NCBI GenBank assembly: GCA_963840185.1
Contig: CAWIXY010000001.1
Span: forward strand, 388,808 to 452,807
Length of the DNA stretch: 64,000 nucleotides
Reading direction: 5' to 3'
Origin: an uncultured Actinomycetes bacterium
GTDB lineage: Bacteria > Actinomycetota > Thermoleophilia > Solirubrobacterales > Solirubrobacteraceae
The position numbers and the translations under genes are program-made. Positions 1 to 10,672 of this stretch are shown here, piece by piece; the stretch's first letter is position 1; each line of letters begins with the position of its first letter. The notes under the pieces are model-generated. The model was not told the origin of the DNA, ran no database searches, and saw only the letters and a list, made by a program, of their open reading frames with translations.

Positions 1-28
1 TTTCTCTGTCGTCGTCCCCCTCCCCCAT

Positions 29-658
29 ATGCCAACTGCTTTCAAGGAATGGGCGGTCACCGTCCGCGCGCTCGCCGAAGGCGAGCAGCTCGTCACCCTT
101 CGCAAGGGCGGCATCCGTGAAGAGAACAAGCACTTCGAGCTCGACCACGAGCGCTTCTTCCTCTACCCCACGTTCGAGCACCAGCGCAACGACGTCATCC
201 GCGCCTCACATCAGCCCGAGCTGCGCCGTGCGCTCGAGGAGGGGGTCTGGCCGGATGCCGAGCCGCCGGTCGGCGCGCTGACGCGCGACGGCGGGATCCC
301 GCAGCCCGACCGCGTCCGGATCCGCGCCTGGGCCGAGGTGGCCGACCACTGGACGATCACCGACCCGCGCATCGTGGACGCGCTGTCGCCGTATTACGTC
401 TGGTCGACGGACTACGCCGAGAAGCGCCTGTCCTGGAAGCGCCGCCATCCGCTGCACGTGCTGCTGCTGCGCACGTACCGCATCCCGCGCCCGGTGACGG
501 TCAAGGTGCGTGAGGACTTCCACGGCTGCAAGTCGTGGCTGCAGATCACGCGCGACCTGCCCTTCGAGGGCACGCCGGTCCTGTCCGACGACGAGTTCGG
601 TCGCGTGTCCGAGCAGATCCAGTCGATCTGCCTCGGCGGCGTGCCCGCGCTGGTCTAG
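29..658 (+). CDS. DUF1802 family protein
   Basis: Track ORF of 209 aa with an ATG start and strong GC3 bias. The N-terminus MPTAFKEWAVTVRALAEGEQLVTLRKGGI...FFLYPTFEH matches my recollection of the DUF1802 family. It sits immediately upstream of a DUF1152 gene, its usual partner. Confidence 0.8.
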   Translation: MPTAFKEWAVTVRALAEGEQLVTLRKGGIREENKHFELDHERFFLYPTFEHQRNDVIRASHQPELRRALEEGVWPDAEPPVGALTRDGGIPQPDRVRIRAWAEVADHWTITDPRIVDALSPYYVWSTDYAEKRLSWKRRHPLHVLLLRTYRIPRPVTVKVREDFHGCKSWLQITRDLPFEGTPVLSDDEFGRVSEQIQSICLGGVPALV

Positions 659-664
659 CCCGCG

Positions 665-1621
665 CTGCCCCTCTCCGCCGCCGAAGCCCTGCTGCGGGAC
701 GCCCGGCGCGTCCTCGCCCTGGGGATCGGTGGTGGCGGGGACGTCGTCGGCGCCCTCGCCGTCCGCGGCCTGGCCGCGGCGCACGGGACCCCGACGGTCC
801 TCGGCGGCCTCACCTGGGAGCGCCGCCCGATCGACCCGCTGCCCGGGCCCCGCTCGCTCGGCGAGTTGAGCGGCGCCGAGCCGCTGGCACCGGCCGCCGC
901 GCTCGCCGGGCCGGCCACGACGGGCCCGGGCGGCTTCCGCTTCGCCGAGGCGCGGGTCGCCGAGCTGCTCGGCGAGCCGACGATCCTCGTCGACCCGACC
1001 GGCGGCCCCGCCGCCGTCGCCGACGGGATCGTCGCCGCGGCCCGGCACGGCGACTGCGACGTCGTCGTCCTGCTGGACGTCGGCGGCGACGTGCTCGCCC
1101 ACGGCGACGAGCCGGGGCTGGCGAGCCCGCTGGCCGACGCCGTCCTGCTCGCCGCGGCGCCCGGCGTCGAGGAGGCGGGCCTGCGCGCCGTGGGCGCCGT
1201 GTTCGGCGCCGGCTGCGACGGCGAGCTCACCCCCGCCGAGGTCGCCGAGCGCCTCGACGAGGTCTCCGCCGCCGGCGGCGCGCTCGGCGTGCTGGAGCCC
1301 GACGAGCCCACGCTCGAGCTGCTGGGCGCCGGCGTCGCCGCCGTCCCCACCGAGGCCAGCGCGATGGCCCTGCGCTGCGCGCGCGGCGAGACCGGCGTCA
1401 CGACGATCCGCGAGGGCCGGCGCACGGTGCAGCTGACGCCGCAGGGCGGGCAGGTCGCCTGCTACGAGCCCGGCGCGGCGCTCGCGTCGGCCGCGCGCCT
1501 GGCCTTCGCCGTGCGCGACGCCGCCGACCTGCTGGAGGCCGACGCGATCCTGGCCGGCCTGGGCGTGCGCACGGAGCTGGCCTACGAGCGCGACGCGAGC
1601 CGCTCCGCGCAGCGCGGCTGA
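665..1621 (+). CDS. DUF1152 domain protein (start codon unresolved)
   Basis: The track ORF 866..1621 starts at a TTG. The same frame is open back to the TAG at 656-658. That upstream stretch encodes the family N-terminal motifs: LALGIGGGGDVVGAL and TWERRPIDPLPGPR. No ATG, GTG or TTG lies upstream of these motifs. CTG at 665 is the first conceivable start. Confidence 0.65.
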   Translation: MPLSAAEALLRDARRVLALGIGGGGDVVGALAVRGLAAAHGTPTVLGGLTWERRPIDPLPGPRSLGELSGAEPLAPAAALAGPATTGPGGFRFAEARVAELLGEPTILVDPTGGPAAVADGIVAAARHGDCDVVVLLDVGGDVLAHGDEPGLASPLADAVLLAAAPGVEEAGLRAVGAVFGAGCDGELTPAEVAERLDEVSAAGGALGVLEPDEPTLELLGAGVAAVPTEASAMALRCARGETGVTTIREGRRTVQLTPQGGQVACYEPGAALASAARLAFAVRDAADLLEADAILAGLGVRTELAYERDASRSAQRG

Positions 1622-1685
1622 GACCGTGCGACGCCGGTCGCGCAGCGGGTTCTGACCGAGGCGGACCTCGGAGCGCCCACGCGGG

Positions 1686-2630
1686 TCAGTCGTCGCCGTC
1701 CCGGTCGTCGTCGTCGTCGTGCCGGCCGCGGGCCGCGTCGTCGAACCAGTTCAGCACGCGCCGCCAGGCCTCCGCCGCGGCGTGCGGATCGAAGCGCGCT
1801 CCGGTGTCGTTGAAGAAGGCGTGGTCGGCCTCGCTGAAGGTGAGGAGCTCGTACGTGAGGTCGGCGGCCTCGAGCGCCGCCTTCGCCGCGGGCCGTGACG
1901 CGTTGACCCGGTCGTCGAGACCGCCGTAGACGCCGAGCACGGCCGCGCGCGAGCCGTCGAGGCGGCCTCCTTCGGGGAACGGGCCGTAGAACGGGGCCGC
2001 GGCGGCGAGCCGCCGCTCGCCGGAGGCGAGCAGGCGCCAGACCATGCCGCCTCCGAAGCAGAAGCCGATCGCGGCGATCGGCTTCCCGCGTCCAGTGCGG
2101 CGGCGGACCTCCCGGACGCCGGCCTTCATGTCGGCGACGAAGCGCTCGGGCGGGGTCCGGCTGAGCGCTGCCGCGACCTCGGCCTCCCCGGGGAACGCTC
2201 CCGTGCCGCCCTCCTCGGAGAGCAGGTCGACGGCGAGCGCCGACCACCCGCTGGCGGCGAAGCGGCCGGCCACCGTGCGGATGTGCTCGGTGAGGCCGCG
2301 GTTCTCGTGGATCACGAGGACACCGCCGCGCGGCTCGGTCGCCGCCGCCCAGGCGCCCATCAACGTCCCCGCGCCGCGCGGGCCGGCGAACGTGATCGAC
2401 TCCGGCGCGACCGGCGCCCAGACGGTCTCGGCAGCCGCGTCGTCGTCAGCGCTGCGCGCACCTGCCGACGCACCCGCCGGGGCGCTCGCGAAGCGCGCCA
2501 GCAGCGCCGACGCGGCCGCCGTGCCCAGCCCGAGGAGGCCCAGGCGCCGCATCGCCTCCCGGCGCGTGATGATGCCGTCGGCGAGGTCCTCCGCGACCTC
2601 CTCGGCCAGGTACTTCTGGATCTCGGTCAT
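1686..2630 (-). CDS. Dienelactone hydrolase family protein with a Tat-type signal
   Basis: Intact 314-aa ORF. It has an RREAMRRLGLLGLG twin-arginine-like leader. It also has an alpha/beta-hydrolase core (VLVIHENRGL, nucleophile elbow IGFCFGG, C-terminal ADHAFF). Confidence 0.85.
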   Translation of the reverse strand: MTEIQKYLAEEVAEDLADGIITRREAMRRLGLLGLGTAAASALLARFASAPAGASAGARSADDDAAAETVWAPVAPESITFAGPRGAGTLMGAWAAATEPRGGVLVIHENRGLTEHIRTVAGRFAASGWSALAVDLLSEEGGTGAFPGEAEVAAALSRTPPERFVADMKAGVREVRRRTGRGKPIAAIGFCFGGGMVWRLLASGERRLAAAAPFYGPFPEGGRLDGSRAAVLGVYGGLDDRVNASRPAAKAALEAADLTYELLTFSEADHAFFNDTGARFDPHAAAEAWRRVLNWFDDAARGRHDDDDDRDGDD

Positions 2631-2720
2631 CGCGGTGCTCCTCCCGGGACGCTGGCTGGACAGGAGCCATCGTCTCAGAGCGCAGAGGCCCCGAGTCGCG
2701 GTTGCCGGAGGACGCGTTCG

Positions 2721-3208
2721 CTAGGCGATCAGCTCGGTCCCCACCCAGGCCACGACGGCGACCAGCGCGCAGACGGCCAGCAGGCCCGCGAGCAGCCGGC
2801 CCGGGCGCTCGCCGCCTCCGGTCTGGTCGTCGAGCAGGTCGGCCTGGAGCAGGACCTCGCGCGCGGCGGCCGCGCCCGAGACGGGCACGAGCACGTCGCG
2901 CGGGCCGGCGGCGAGCATGTCGGGCACGTCGAAGCCGCGCGTGCGGCGCAGCATGCTCGGGACGCCCTCCTCGAGCAGGAGGCCCTGGATCAGCTCGGCC
3001 TCGGCCTGGTTGCGCGCCGCCGGCGACCGTCACGAGCGCGCCCTCGCGTGTACTGCGGGCTTGATCTTGCGCGCGCGCTCGCGGGCGGCCGTCACCGGCT
3101 CGCTCGACGCCGCTGCGGTCGGCGTGCACGAGCGGCATCCCGCAGGCCGGGCAGAAGCGCTCGTCCCCGGCGCCGCCCGGTGCGCCGCAGCCCGGGCAGA
3201 CGAGCGCC

Positions 3209-3216
<8 letters not shown>
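2721..3216 (-). pseudogene. Zinc-ribbon plus DUF2007-like small protein, frame broken at least once
   Basis: ATG at 3216 gives MPEALVCPGCGAPGGAGDERFCPACGMPL...GALVTVAG. The sequence then continues in the -1 frame as ARNQAEAELIQGLLLEEGVPSMLRRTRGFDVPDMLAAGPRDVLVP...TELIA (track ORF 2721..2954). The break is near 3010. Confidence 0.55.
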
Positions 3217-4812
<1,596 letters not shown>

Positions 4813-4823
4813 GAGGCTGCAGG

Positions 4824-5105
4824 CTACCGCGCGCCGCCGGCCATGGCCGGCAGGATGACGAGCGTGTCGCGCTCGCCGACCGGCGTGTCGAGGCCGTCGA
4901 GGACGCGGACGTCCTCGTCGTTGAGGTAGACGTTGACGTAGCGGTTGAGGTCGCCGTCGTCGCCGAAGAGCTGGCCCTGCGTCGTCGGGGTGGGCGTCGG
5001 CGAGCGCGCGCAGGACGTCGCCGACGCTCGTCGCCGTCGGCGGTCGACCTCGCGCTCGCCGCCGACGGACGGGCGCAGGACCGGCGGGATCCGGATCGTG
5101 GCCAT
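4824..5105 (-). pseudogene. cysO: ThiS/MoaD-like sulfur carrier protein (CysO-like), about 3 frame breaks that cancel out
   Basis: MATIRIPPVLRPSVGGEREVD and TTQGQLFGDDGDLNRYVNVYLNDEDVRVLDGLDTPVGERDTLVILPAMAGGAR* are in one frame. The expected middle helix ATSVGDVLRALADAHP is in another frame. The fold is beta-grasp with a C-terminal GG followed by AR. Confidence 0.75.
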
Positions 5106-5120
5106 CGGCGTCGAGCCAGG

Positions 5121-6307
5121 CTAGCCCGCTGCGGCGCAGAACGCCTCGTAGTCGGGGAAGACGCCCATCTCGTCGTCGGCGATCTCGTCGGGCTCGCGCG
5201 AGCAGATCGGGCACTCGGGGTCGCGGCGGACCTTGAGCTCGGTCGTCGTCGCGCCCAGCGCGTCGTACATGCAGCAGGCGGCCGATGAGCGGCTCGCCGG
5301 CGCCGATGATCAGCTTGATGACCTCGGTCGCCTGCAGCAGGCCCATCGTCCCGGGCAGCACGCCGAGCACGCCGTTGGCGCCGCAGGACGGCGCGAGCTC
5401 GGCCGGCGGCGGCTCGCGGAAGAGGCAGCGGTAGCACGGGCCCTCGTAGGGCGCGAAGACGCTGAGCTGGCCCTCGAAGCCGAGGATCGCGGCGCTGACG
5501 ACCGGGATCCGCAGCCGCACCGACGCGTCGTTGAGCAGGTAGCGCGTCGGGAAGTTGTCGACGCCGTCGACGATGATGTCGTAGCCCTCGATGATCTCCA
5601 TGATGTTCGAGGCGTCCAGGCGCGTCTGGTACTTGACGACCTTGACGTCGGGGTTGAGCGCGTTGATCGCCTGCTCGGCCGAGTCGACCTTCGGGACGCC
5701 GACGCGGTCGGTCGTGTGGATGACCTGGCGCTGGAGGTTGGAGACGTCGACGACGTCGTCGTCGACGATGCCGAGCGTGCCGACGCCGGCGGCGGCGAGG
5801 TAGAGCGCGGTCGGCGAGCCGAGGCCGCCGGCGCCGAGCAGCAGCACCTTGGCGTCGAGCAGCTTCTGCTGGCCCTCCGTCGCCGATCTCGGGCAGCAGG
5901 AAGTGGCGCGAGTAGCGCTCGCGCTGCTCGGGGGTGAACGTGCGCGGGACCTCGACCTCGTAGCCGCGGTCCTTCCACAGCGTGTAGCCGCCGGTCATCG
6001 ACTCGACGTGCTCGTAGCCGAGCTCGTGCTCGAGCGTGTGGGCGGCGAGCGCGGAGCGGTTGCCCGAGGCGCAGTAGAGGATGACGCGCTGCGAGCGATC
6101 GGGCACGGCGCCCTCGATGCGCGACTCGAGGTAGCCGCGCGGCACGTGCTTGGCGCCGGGCAGGTGGCCCGCGGCGAACTCCTCGGTCTCGCGGACGTCG
6201 ATGATCGCGACGCCCTCGTCGAGCGAGCTCGTGGACCTCGGACGGGATCGACCTCGTCGACCTGGCTCTTGATCTGCCGGATGTACTCGGCTTCCTGAGG
6301 GAGTCAT
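5121..6307 (-). pseudogene. Rhodanese-ThiF/MoeB fusion (MoeZ-like sulfur-carrier adenylyltransferase/sulfurtransferase), 5 frame breaks
   Basis: The N-terminal rhodanese domain reads LDEGVAIIDVRETEEF...ILYCASGNRS. The ThiF domain follows: RYSRHFLLPEIGD / EGQQKLLDAKVLLLGAGGLGSP...CYRC...GRLL / MYDAL...DPECPICS...AAAG*. Three frame steps fall within the first 40 codons (MTPS / QEAEYIRQIKSQVDEVDP / SEVHEL / LDEGV). Confidence 0.85.
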
Positions 6308-6316
6308 GCTTCAAAA

Positions 6317-6322
6317 AGTATA
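6317..6322 (-). promoter_or_regulatory. Candidate -10 box (TATACT) for a leaderless or very short-leader moeZ-like transcript
   Basis: This is the only AT-rich patch in the region. The minus strand reads TATACT-ttttgaagc-ATG, so the box is 9 nt from the start codon. No Shine-Dalgarno sequence lies between them. Confidence 0.3.
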
Positions 6323-6394
6323 GCGAGGCCCGATCCGTCCAGAACGTGGCCGCCGGCTGGATCGCGGGACGCCGAACGCCGATCGGACGATGGC

Positions 6395-7392
6395 ATGTTC
6401 CGCACCCCCGCGTCGCGTCTGGCCAAGCCGCCGTTGCTCACGCAGGTCCTCGCCGTCAACGCGGCGCTCATCTGCGCGACCGTGCTGGCCTCGTCGGTCG
6501 CCTGGGGGTTCGACGCCCGCCCGGGCGGCGTCGACCGCGAGCGCTTCCTGGTGCTCGTGGCCGCCGTCCTGGCCACCGTGCTCGTCAACGCGATGGTCCT
6601 GCGCCGGCGCTTCCGCCCGCTGGAGCGAGCTCATCGACGCCATGGAGGCCGTCGACTTCCTGCCCGGCTCCGCGCGGCCCACGATGCCCGAGCCCGACAG
6701 CGCCGAGGTCGCGCGCCTGCACTCGGCCTTCGACCGCATGCTCCGCCGCCTCGAGGCCGAGCGCTCGCGCACGGCGAGCGCCGTCCTGCAGCGCCCAGGA
6801 GGCCGAGCGCGCCCGCCTGGCGCGCGACCTGCACGACGAGGCCAACCAGGCGCTGACCGGCGTGCTGCTGCGCCTGGAGGCCACGACGCAGGACGCCCCG
6901 CCCAGGCTGCACGAGGAGCTGCGCGAGACCCAGGCGGTCGCCACGCAGGCGATGAGCGAGCTGCTGCGCCTGTCGCGCGAGCTGCGCCCCGCCGCGCTCG
7001 ACGACCTCGGCCTGGCCGCGGCCCTGCGCACGAAGGCCGACGAGTTCGCCCGGGGCACGCAGATCCGCACCGACCTCGACGTCGGCGCCGGCTCGGTCGA
7101 CGAGCTCGACGGCGACGAGCAGCTCGTCGTCTACCGCGTCGTGCAGGAGGGGCTGTCGAACGTCGCCCAGCACGCGCGCGCGGCGCGCGTCGCCGTCACG
7201 CTGCACCGCGACGGCGCGGCGACCGTTCTGCGGATCGCCGACGACGGGCGCGGCTTCGACCCGCAGCGCCCGGCGCCCGGCCTCGGCCTCACCGGCATGC
7301 GCGAGCGCGCCGGCCTGGCGGGCGGCGGGCTGACCGTCGCGTCCGCGCCGGGGAAGGGCACGACCGTCGAGCTGCGGCTGGGCGAGGGATGA
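6395..7392 (+). pseudogene. Sensor histidine kinase (HisKA_3, NarL-partner type), 2 frame breaks
   Basis: The product runs through frames f2, f3 and f1. It has two N-terminal TM segments. The linker is [14 protein letters not shown]...[15 protein letters not shown]. The H-box is [19 protein letters not shown]. The HATPase region is [29 protein letters not shown]. The breaks are near 6628 and 6793. Confidence 0.85.
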
Positions 7393-8029
7393 GCGTGCGC
7401 GTCCTCATCGCCGACGACCACGGCATCGTCCGCGGCGGCCTGCGGCTGCTGCTCGACCGCCAGCCCGACATGGAGGTCGTCGCCGAGGCGGCCGACGGGG
7501 CGCGAGGCCGTGGCCGCCGCTCTGCGCCTTGCGTCCCGACCTGGCCATCCTCGACGTCTCGATGCCGCGCCTCACCGGCCTGCAGGCGGCCCGCTCGATC
7601 CGCATGCAGGCGCCCGAGGTCACCGTGCTCATGCTCTCGATGCACGACGACGAGCGCTACCTCTTCGAGGCGCTGAAGGCCGGCGCCGCGGGCTACGTGC
7701 TCAAGCACGAGGCCGACCAGGAGCTCGTCGACGCCGTCCGTGCCGTCCTGCGCGGCGAGTCGTTCCTGACCAGCGCAGCGCAGCGCTCGCTGGTGCGCGC
7801 CTGGCTGACCGACGGCTCGGCCGGCCCGCGCGAGCCGCTCAGCCCGCGCGAGCAGGAGGTCCTCAAGCTGATCGCCGAGGCGCACACCAACCGCGAGATC
7901 GGCGCGCTGCTCGGGCTGGCGGAGAAGACGGTCGAGTCCCACCGCGGCAACATCCTGCGCAAGCTCGGCATGCGCGACCGCGTCGAGCTCGTGCGCTACG
8001 CGATCCGCCGCGGGCTGGTCGAGGCCTAG
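7389..8029 (+). pseudogene. NarL/FixJ-family response regulator, 2 frame breaks
   Basis: The start overlaps the kinase stop as ATGA. The segments are [37 protein letters not shown], then [10 protein letters not shown], then [16 protein letters not shown]...LSPREQEVLKLIAEAHTNREIGALLGLAEKTVESHRGNILRKLG (LuxR HTH). The breaks are near 7499 and 7527. Confidence 0.85.
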
Positions 8030-8057
8030 GGCGGCCTGACGACCTACCCTGGAGGCG

Positions 8058-8717
8058 ATGGCGCCTCGCCTTCGCCTCGCCCTGATGGTCGCCGGCACGC
8101 TGGTGCTGGCCGGCGCGCTGGGCGTGGTGCTGCTCACGCGCCCCGACGACGGGCCCGCCGGGCAGGGGGGCGGCTTCGCCGGCTCGCTGCGCCCCGCGAT
8201 CCCGCCGCAGGACTTCACCCTGCGCGACGAGGCCGGGCGCCGGGTGTCGCTGGCCGACTTTCGCGGGCAGGTGACGGTGCTGACCTTCCTCTACACGACG
8301 TGCGAGGACACCTGCCCGGTGACCGCGACGACGATCCGCGGCGCGCTTGACGACCTCGGTCATGACGTCCCCGCGCTTGCCGTGAGCGTCGACCCAGCCA
8401 ACGACACTGAGCGCTCCGCGCAGCGCTTCCTCTCCGAGCGGCGCCTGTCGGGTGGGCGCATGCGCTTCCTGCTCGGCGCCCGGGCGCAGCTGGCGCCGGT
8501 GTGGAAGGCCTACGGCATCAGGCCGCAGGGCGAGCACTTCGAGCACTCCGCCTACGTGCTGCTCATCGACCGCGCCGGGCGCCAGCGCGTCAGCTTTCCC
8601 GTCGCCAGGCTGACCTCGGAGGGCCTGGTGCACGACATCCGCGCGCTGGAGGCCGAAGGCGAGGCGGAGTCGACTACTGCGCTGAGGCCGACAGCAGCCA
8701 CAGCCCGAGGCTCGTGA
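8058..8717 (+). CDS. SCO1/SenC family copper chaperone / thiol-disulfide oxidoreductase
   Basis: Intact 219-aa ORF with a GGAGG box 8 nt upstream. It has an N-terminal TM anchor, the CxxxC motif FLYTTCEDTCP, and a downstream conserved His (EHFEHSAYVLLID). Confidence 0.85.
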   Translation: MAPRLRLALMVAGTLVLAGALGVVLLTRPDDGPAGQGGGFAGSLRPAIPPQDFTLRDEAGRRVSLADFRGQVTVLTFLYTTCEDTCPVTATTIRGALDDLGHDVPALAVSVDPANDTERSAQRFLSERRLSGGRMRFLLGARAQLAPVWKAYGIRPQGEHFEHSAYVLLIDRAGRQRVSFPVARLTSEGLVHDIRALEAEGEAESTTALRPTAATARGS

Positions 8718-10104
8718 AGCCGACCATCACGCCGAGCATCCAGTACTGCGAGCGCGTGGCGTCGCGCATCCGGTCGTAGACCACCAGCGCACGGTCGTGG
8801 GCGAGCGTCAGGCCGGCCACGTGGCCGATCACCAGCGCCGCCACCTGGACGTACCAGATGCCCGTCGCGCTGATGACCCCGTAGTCGACCGTGCGCGTGG
8901 CGGTGCCGAGCAGGTCGCTGCCGTCGCCGAGCGGGTCGGAGGCCAGGTAGGCCATGGCCTGGCCCTGGTAGATCAGCAGCGAGAAGTAGTGGGCCACGAC
9001 GTAGGCCAGCGCGATCGGCACGAGCGAGTGCACGAAGCGCCGCGACAGCTCGGTCGCGTCGTGGCCGGCGGCGACGGTCCGCATCCCCTGCACGCCGATC
9101 CGGTAGAGCCCCGCGACGACGAGCACCATGACCAGCAGGCCGATCGTGAAGGCGATCTCGAGCGCGGTCTGCTGGCTGAAGCCCAGGTCGACGAGCGAGC
9201 GCTGCATGCGCACGGCCAGCCCGTCCGGCCCGGTCCACAGCTCACCCTGCGACAGGCCGTCGAAGCTCGTCGACCCGATCATCACGCACAGCAGGGCGAC
9301 GGTCCCCGGGACGGGGTCCAGGCGGGTCAGGCCGCTGAGCGGGCGGCGCACGGCCAGCGTGCGGTCGTGCCAGTGCAGCGCCGAGAGCTTGGCGAAGAGC
9401 GAGAAGTACACACCGAACGCGTCGGCGCGGCGCGACCAGGTCTCGATCCCGTACAGGCTCATGCCGACGAGCTGCACCGCCGCGTAGACGAGGGCCAGGA
9501 TGGCCAGCGTGCTCGGGTCGTCGCGGCTGGCGGAGACGAGCTCGACCCAGGTGAAGACGAGGATGCCCGCCGCGGCCGGCCAGCGGCCCAGCCACGCGGG
9601 GTACGACAGCGGCTCGGGCAGCGTGCCGCCGCGGACGCGCCCCGCGGCCCAGCGCGCCGCGCGGGCGACCGCCAGCCAGGGGTTGAGCGCGCGGAAGACG
9701 TCGCCCAGCAGCAGGCTGAGGATCGGGATCCCGACCCAGAAGATGACGTAGATCGTCGTCGGGGCGAGGTTGGCGGTGGCCGTCTGCGTGCCGGCCAGGC
9801 CCGCCCACACGACCACGACGAACGCGGCGATGCCCAGGACGCCGGCGAGCACGTCCAGCGCCGGGGGCACGCGCAGCACGCGGCGCTCGCCGGCGCCCTC
9901 GAGCCGCGGCTCGCGCCACAGCACGGCGAGGGCGACGAACGACGCCACCAGCACGACCGCGGCCCCCCACGCGAACAGCCAGCGCGGGATCGGCAGGTCC
10001 TGGCGCCCGACGAGGCCGTGCGCCTGCGCCGCGGCGGGAATCGCGAGCGCGACAGACCCCGCGACCGCGGCGGCGCACGCGGTCAGGCGGGCCCGGCGGC
10101 TCAC
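8674..10104 (-). CDS. Polytopic integral membrane protein, function unknown
   Basis: Intact 476-aa ORF with a signal-like N-terminus (AIPAAAQAHG) and about 10-12 hydrophobic segments. Its start overlaps the stop of the upstream cupredoxin-like gene as GTGA. Confidence 0.75.
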   Translation of the reverse strand: MSRRARLTACAAAVAGSVALAIPAAAQAHGLVGRQDLPIPRWLFAWGAAVVLVASFVALAVLWREPRLEGAGERRVLRVPPALDVLAGVLGIAAFVVVVWAGLAGTQTATANLAPTTIYVIFWVGIPILSLLLGDVFRALNPWLAVARAARWAAGRVRGGTLPEPLSYPAWLGRWPAAAGILVFTWVELVSASRDDPSTLAILALVYAAVQLVGMSLYGIETWSRRADAFGVYFSLFAKLSALHWHDRTLAVRRPLSGLTRLDPVPGTVALLCVMIGSTSFDGLSQGELWTGPDGLAVRMQRSLVDLGFSQQTALEIAFTIGLLVMVLVVAGLYRIGVQGMRTVAAGHDATELSRRFVHSLVPIALAYVVAHYFSLLIYQGQAMAYLASDPLGDGSDLLGTATRTVDYGVISATGIWYVQVAALVIGHVAGLTLAHDRALVVYDRMRDATRSQYWMLGVMVGFTSLGLWLLSASAQ

Positions 10105-10622
10105 GTCTTCGGGCGGACCTCGAGCGTGGCGATCTGCGTGCCGCTGCCGTGCAGCTCGACCTCGAAGCGCCCCTCGATGTCAGCCTTGATGTTGAAGCGC
10201 GCCGGCTTGCCGGGCCCGACCGGCTTCTCGACGTCGAACCCGTGCACGTGGACCTCGTCGGGCGCGTCGGCGGTCACGCGCAGGCGGATCTGATCACCGC
10301 GGCGGTAGGACAGCGTGCGGACCTCCCCGACCGGCCCGCCGCCGCGCACGCGGACGGTGCGCACGGGGTTGGCCTCGGGCTTGCGCGGCATCGGATCCTC
10401 GTACTCCGGATCGGGATCGGTCGTCGCCGGTGCCTCCTGGCCGCCGGACGGCGGCTGCGTGGCCTCGGGCGCCGTCTGCGCCGCGGGTGGCGGATCGTCG
10501 TCCTCGCCGCCGCCGCGCGCGACGAAGAAGGCGGCGACGAGCACCGCGACGGTCACGGCGACAAGCGCCACCCGTGCCGTCGTGGAGAGCCCGCCGCGGG
10601 GCGGGTCGTCGCTGCCTGCCAT
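10101..10622 (-). CDS. Membrane-anchored cupredoxin-like domain protein
   Basis: I chose the internal ATG at 10622, in frame with track ORF 10101..11066. The product has a TM anchor (VALVAVTVAVLVAAFFV), a Pro/acidic linker, and a cupredoxin-like beta domain (DEVHVHGFDVEKPVGPGKPARFNIKADIEGRFEVELHGSG). Confidence 0.65.
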   Translation of the reverse strand: MAGSDDPPRGGLSTTARVALVAVTVAVLVAAFFVARGGGEDDDPPPAAQTAPEATQPPSGGQEAPATTDPDPEYEDPMPRKPEANPVRTVRVRGGGPVGEVRTLSYRRGDQIRLRVTADAPDEVHVHGFDVEKPVGPGKPARFNIKADIEGRFEVELHGSGTQIATLEVRPKT

Positions 10623-10672
10623 CCCCGACAGGGTAGGAGAACGCCCGCGGCGGAGGCGCGGCCCAGCGCCGC

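Noticed and set aside
1656-1671. A small hairpin (ccgagg-cgga-cctcgg) between the convergent DUF1152 and hydrolase genes, and a similar 6-bp hairpin near 24095-24115.
   Set aside because: Six-bp stems arise easily by chance in this GC-rich DNA. They are too weak to list as terminators.
535-1929. Very long Arg/Ala/Pro-rich ORFs on alternative frames or strands. Examples are 535-1929, the upstream parts of 12184-15075 and 16631-19858, 17782-19896, 44168-47998, 47746-50520, 48299-51679 and 38358-41111.
   Set aside because: They are shadow ORFs, as expected in DNA with more than 70% GC because stop codons are rare. Their composition is dominated by R, A, P and G. They overlap genes with clear motifs, and their codon position 3 is not GC-enriched the way it is in the real frame.
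8674-8717. Overlaps of convergent gene ends (SCO1 with the membrane protein, 44 nt; WS/DGAT with the S8 peptidase, 14 nt; STAS with TopIB, 4 nt) as antisense regulatory features.
   Set aside because: Short convergent overlaps are common in compact high-GC genomes where stop codons are scarce. I see no supporting structure.
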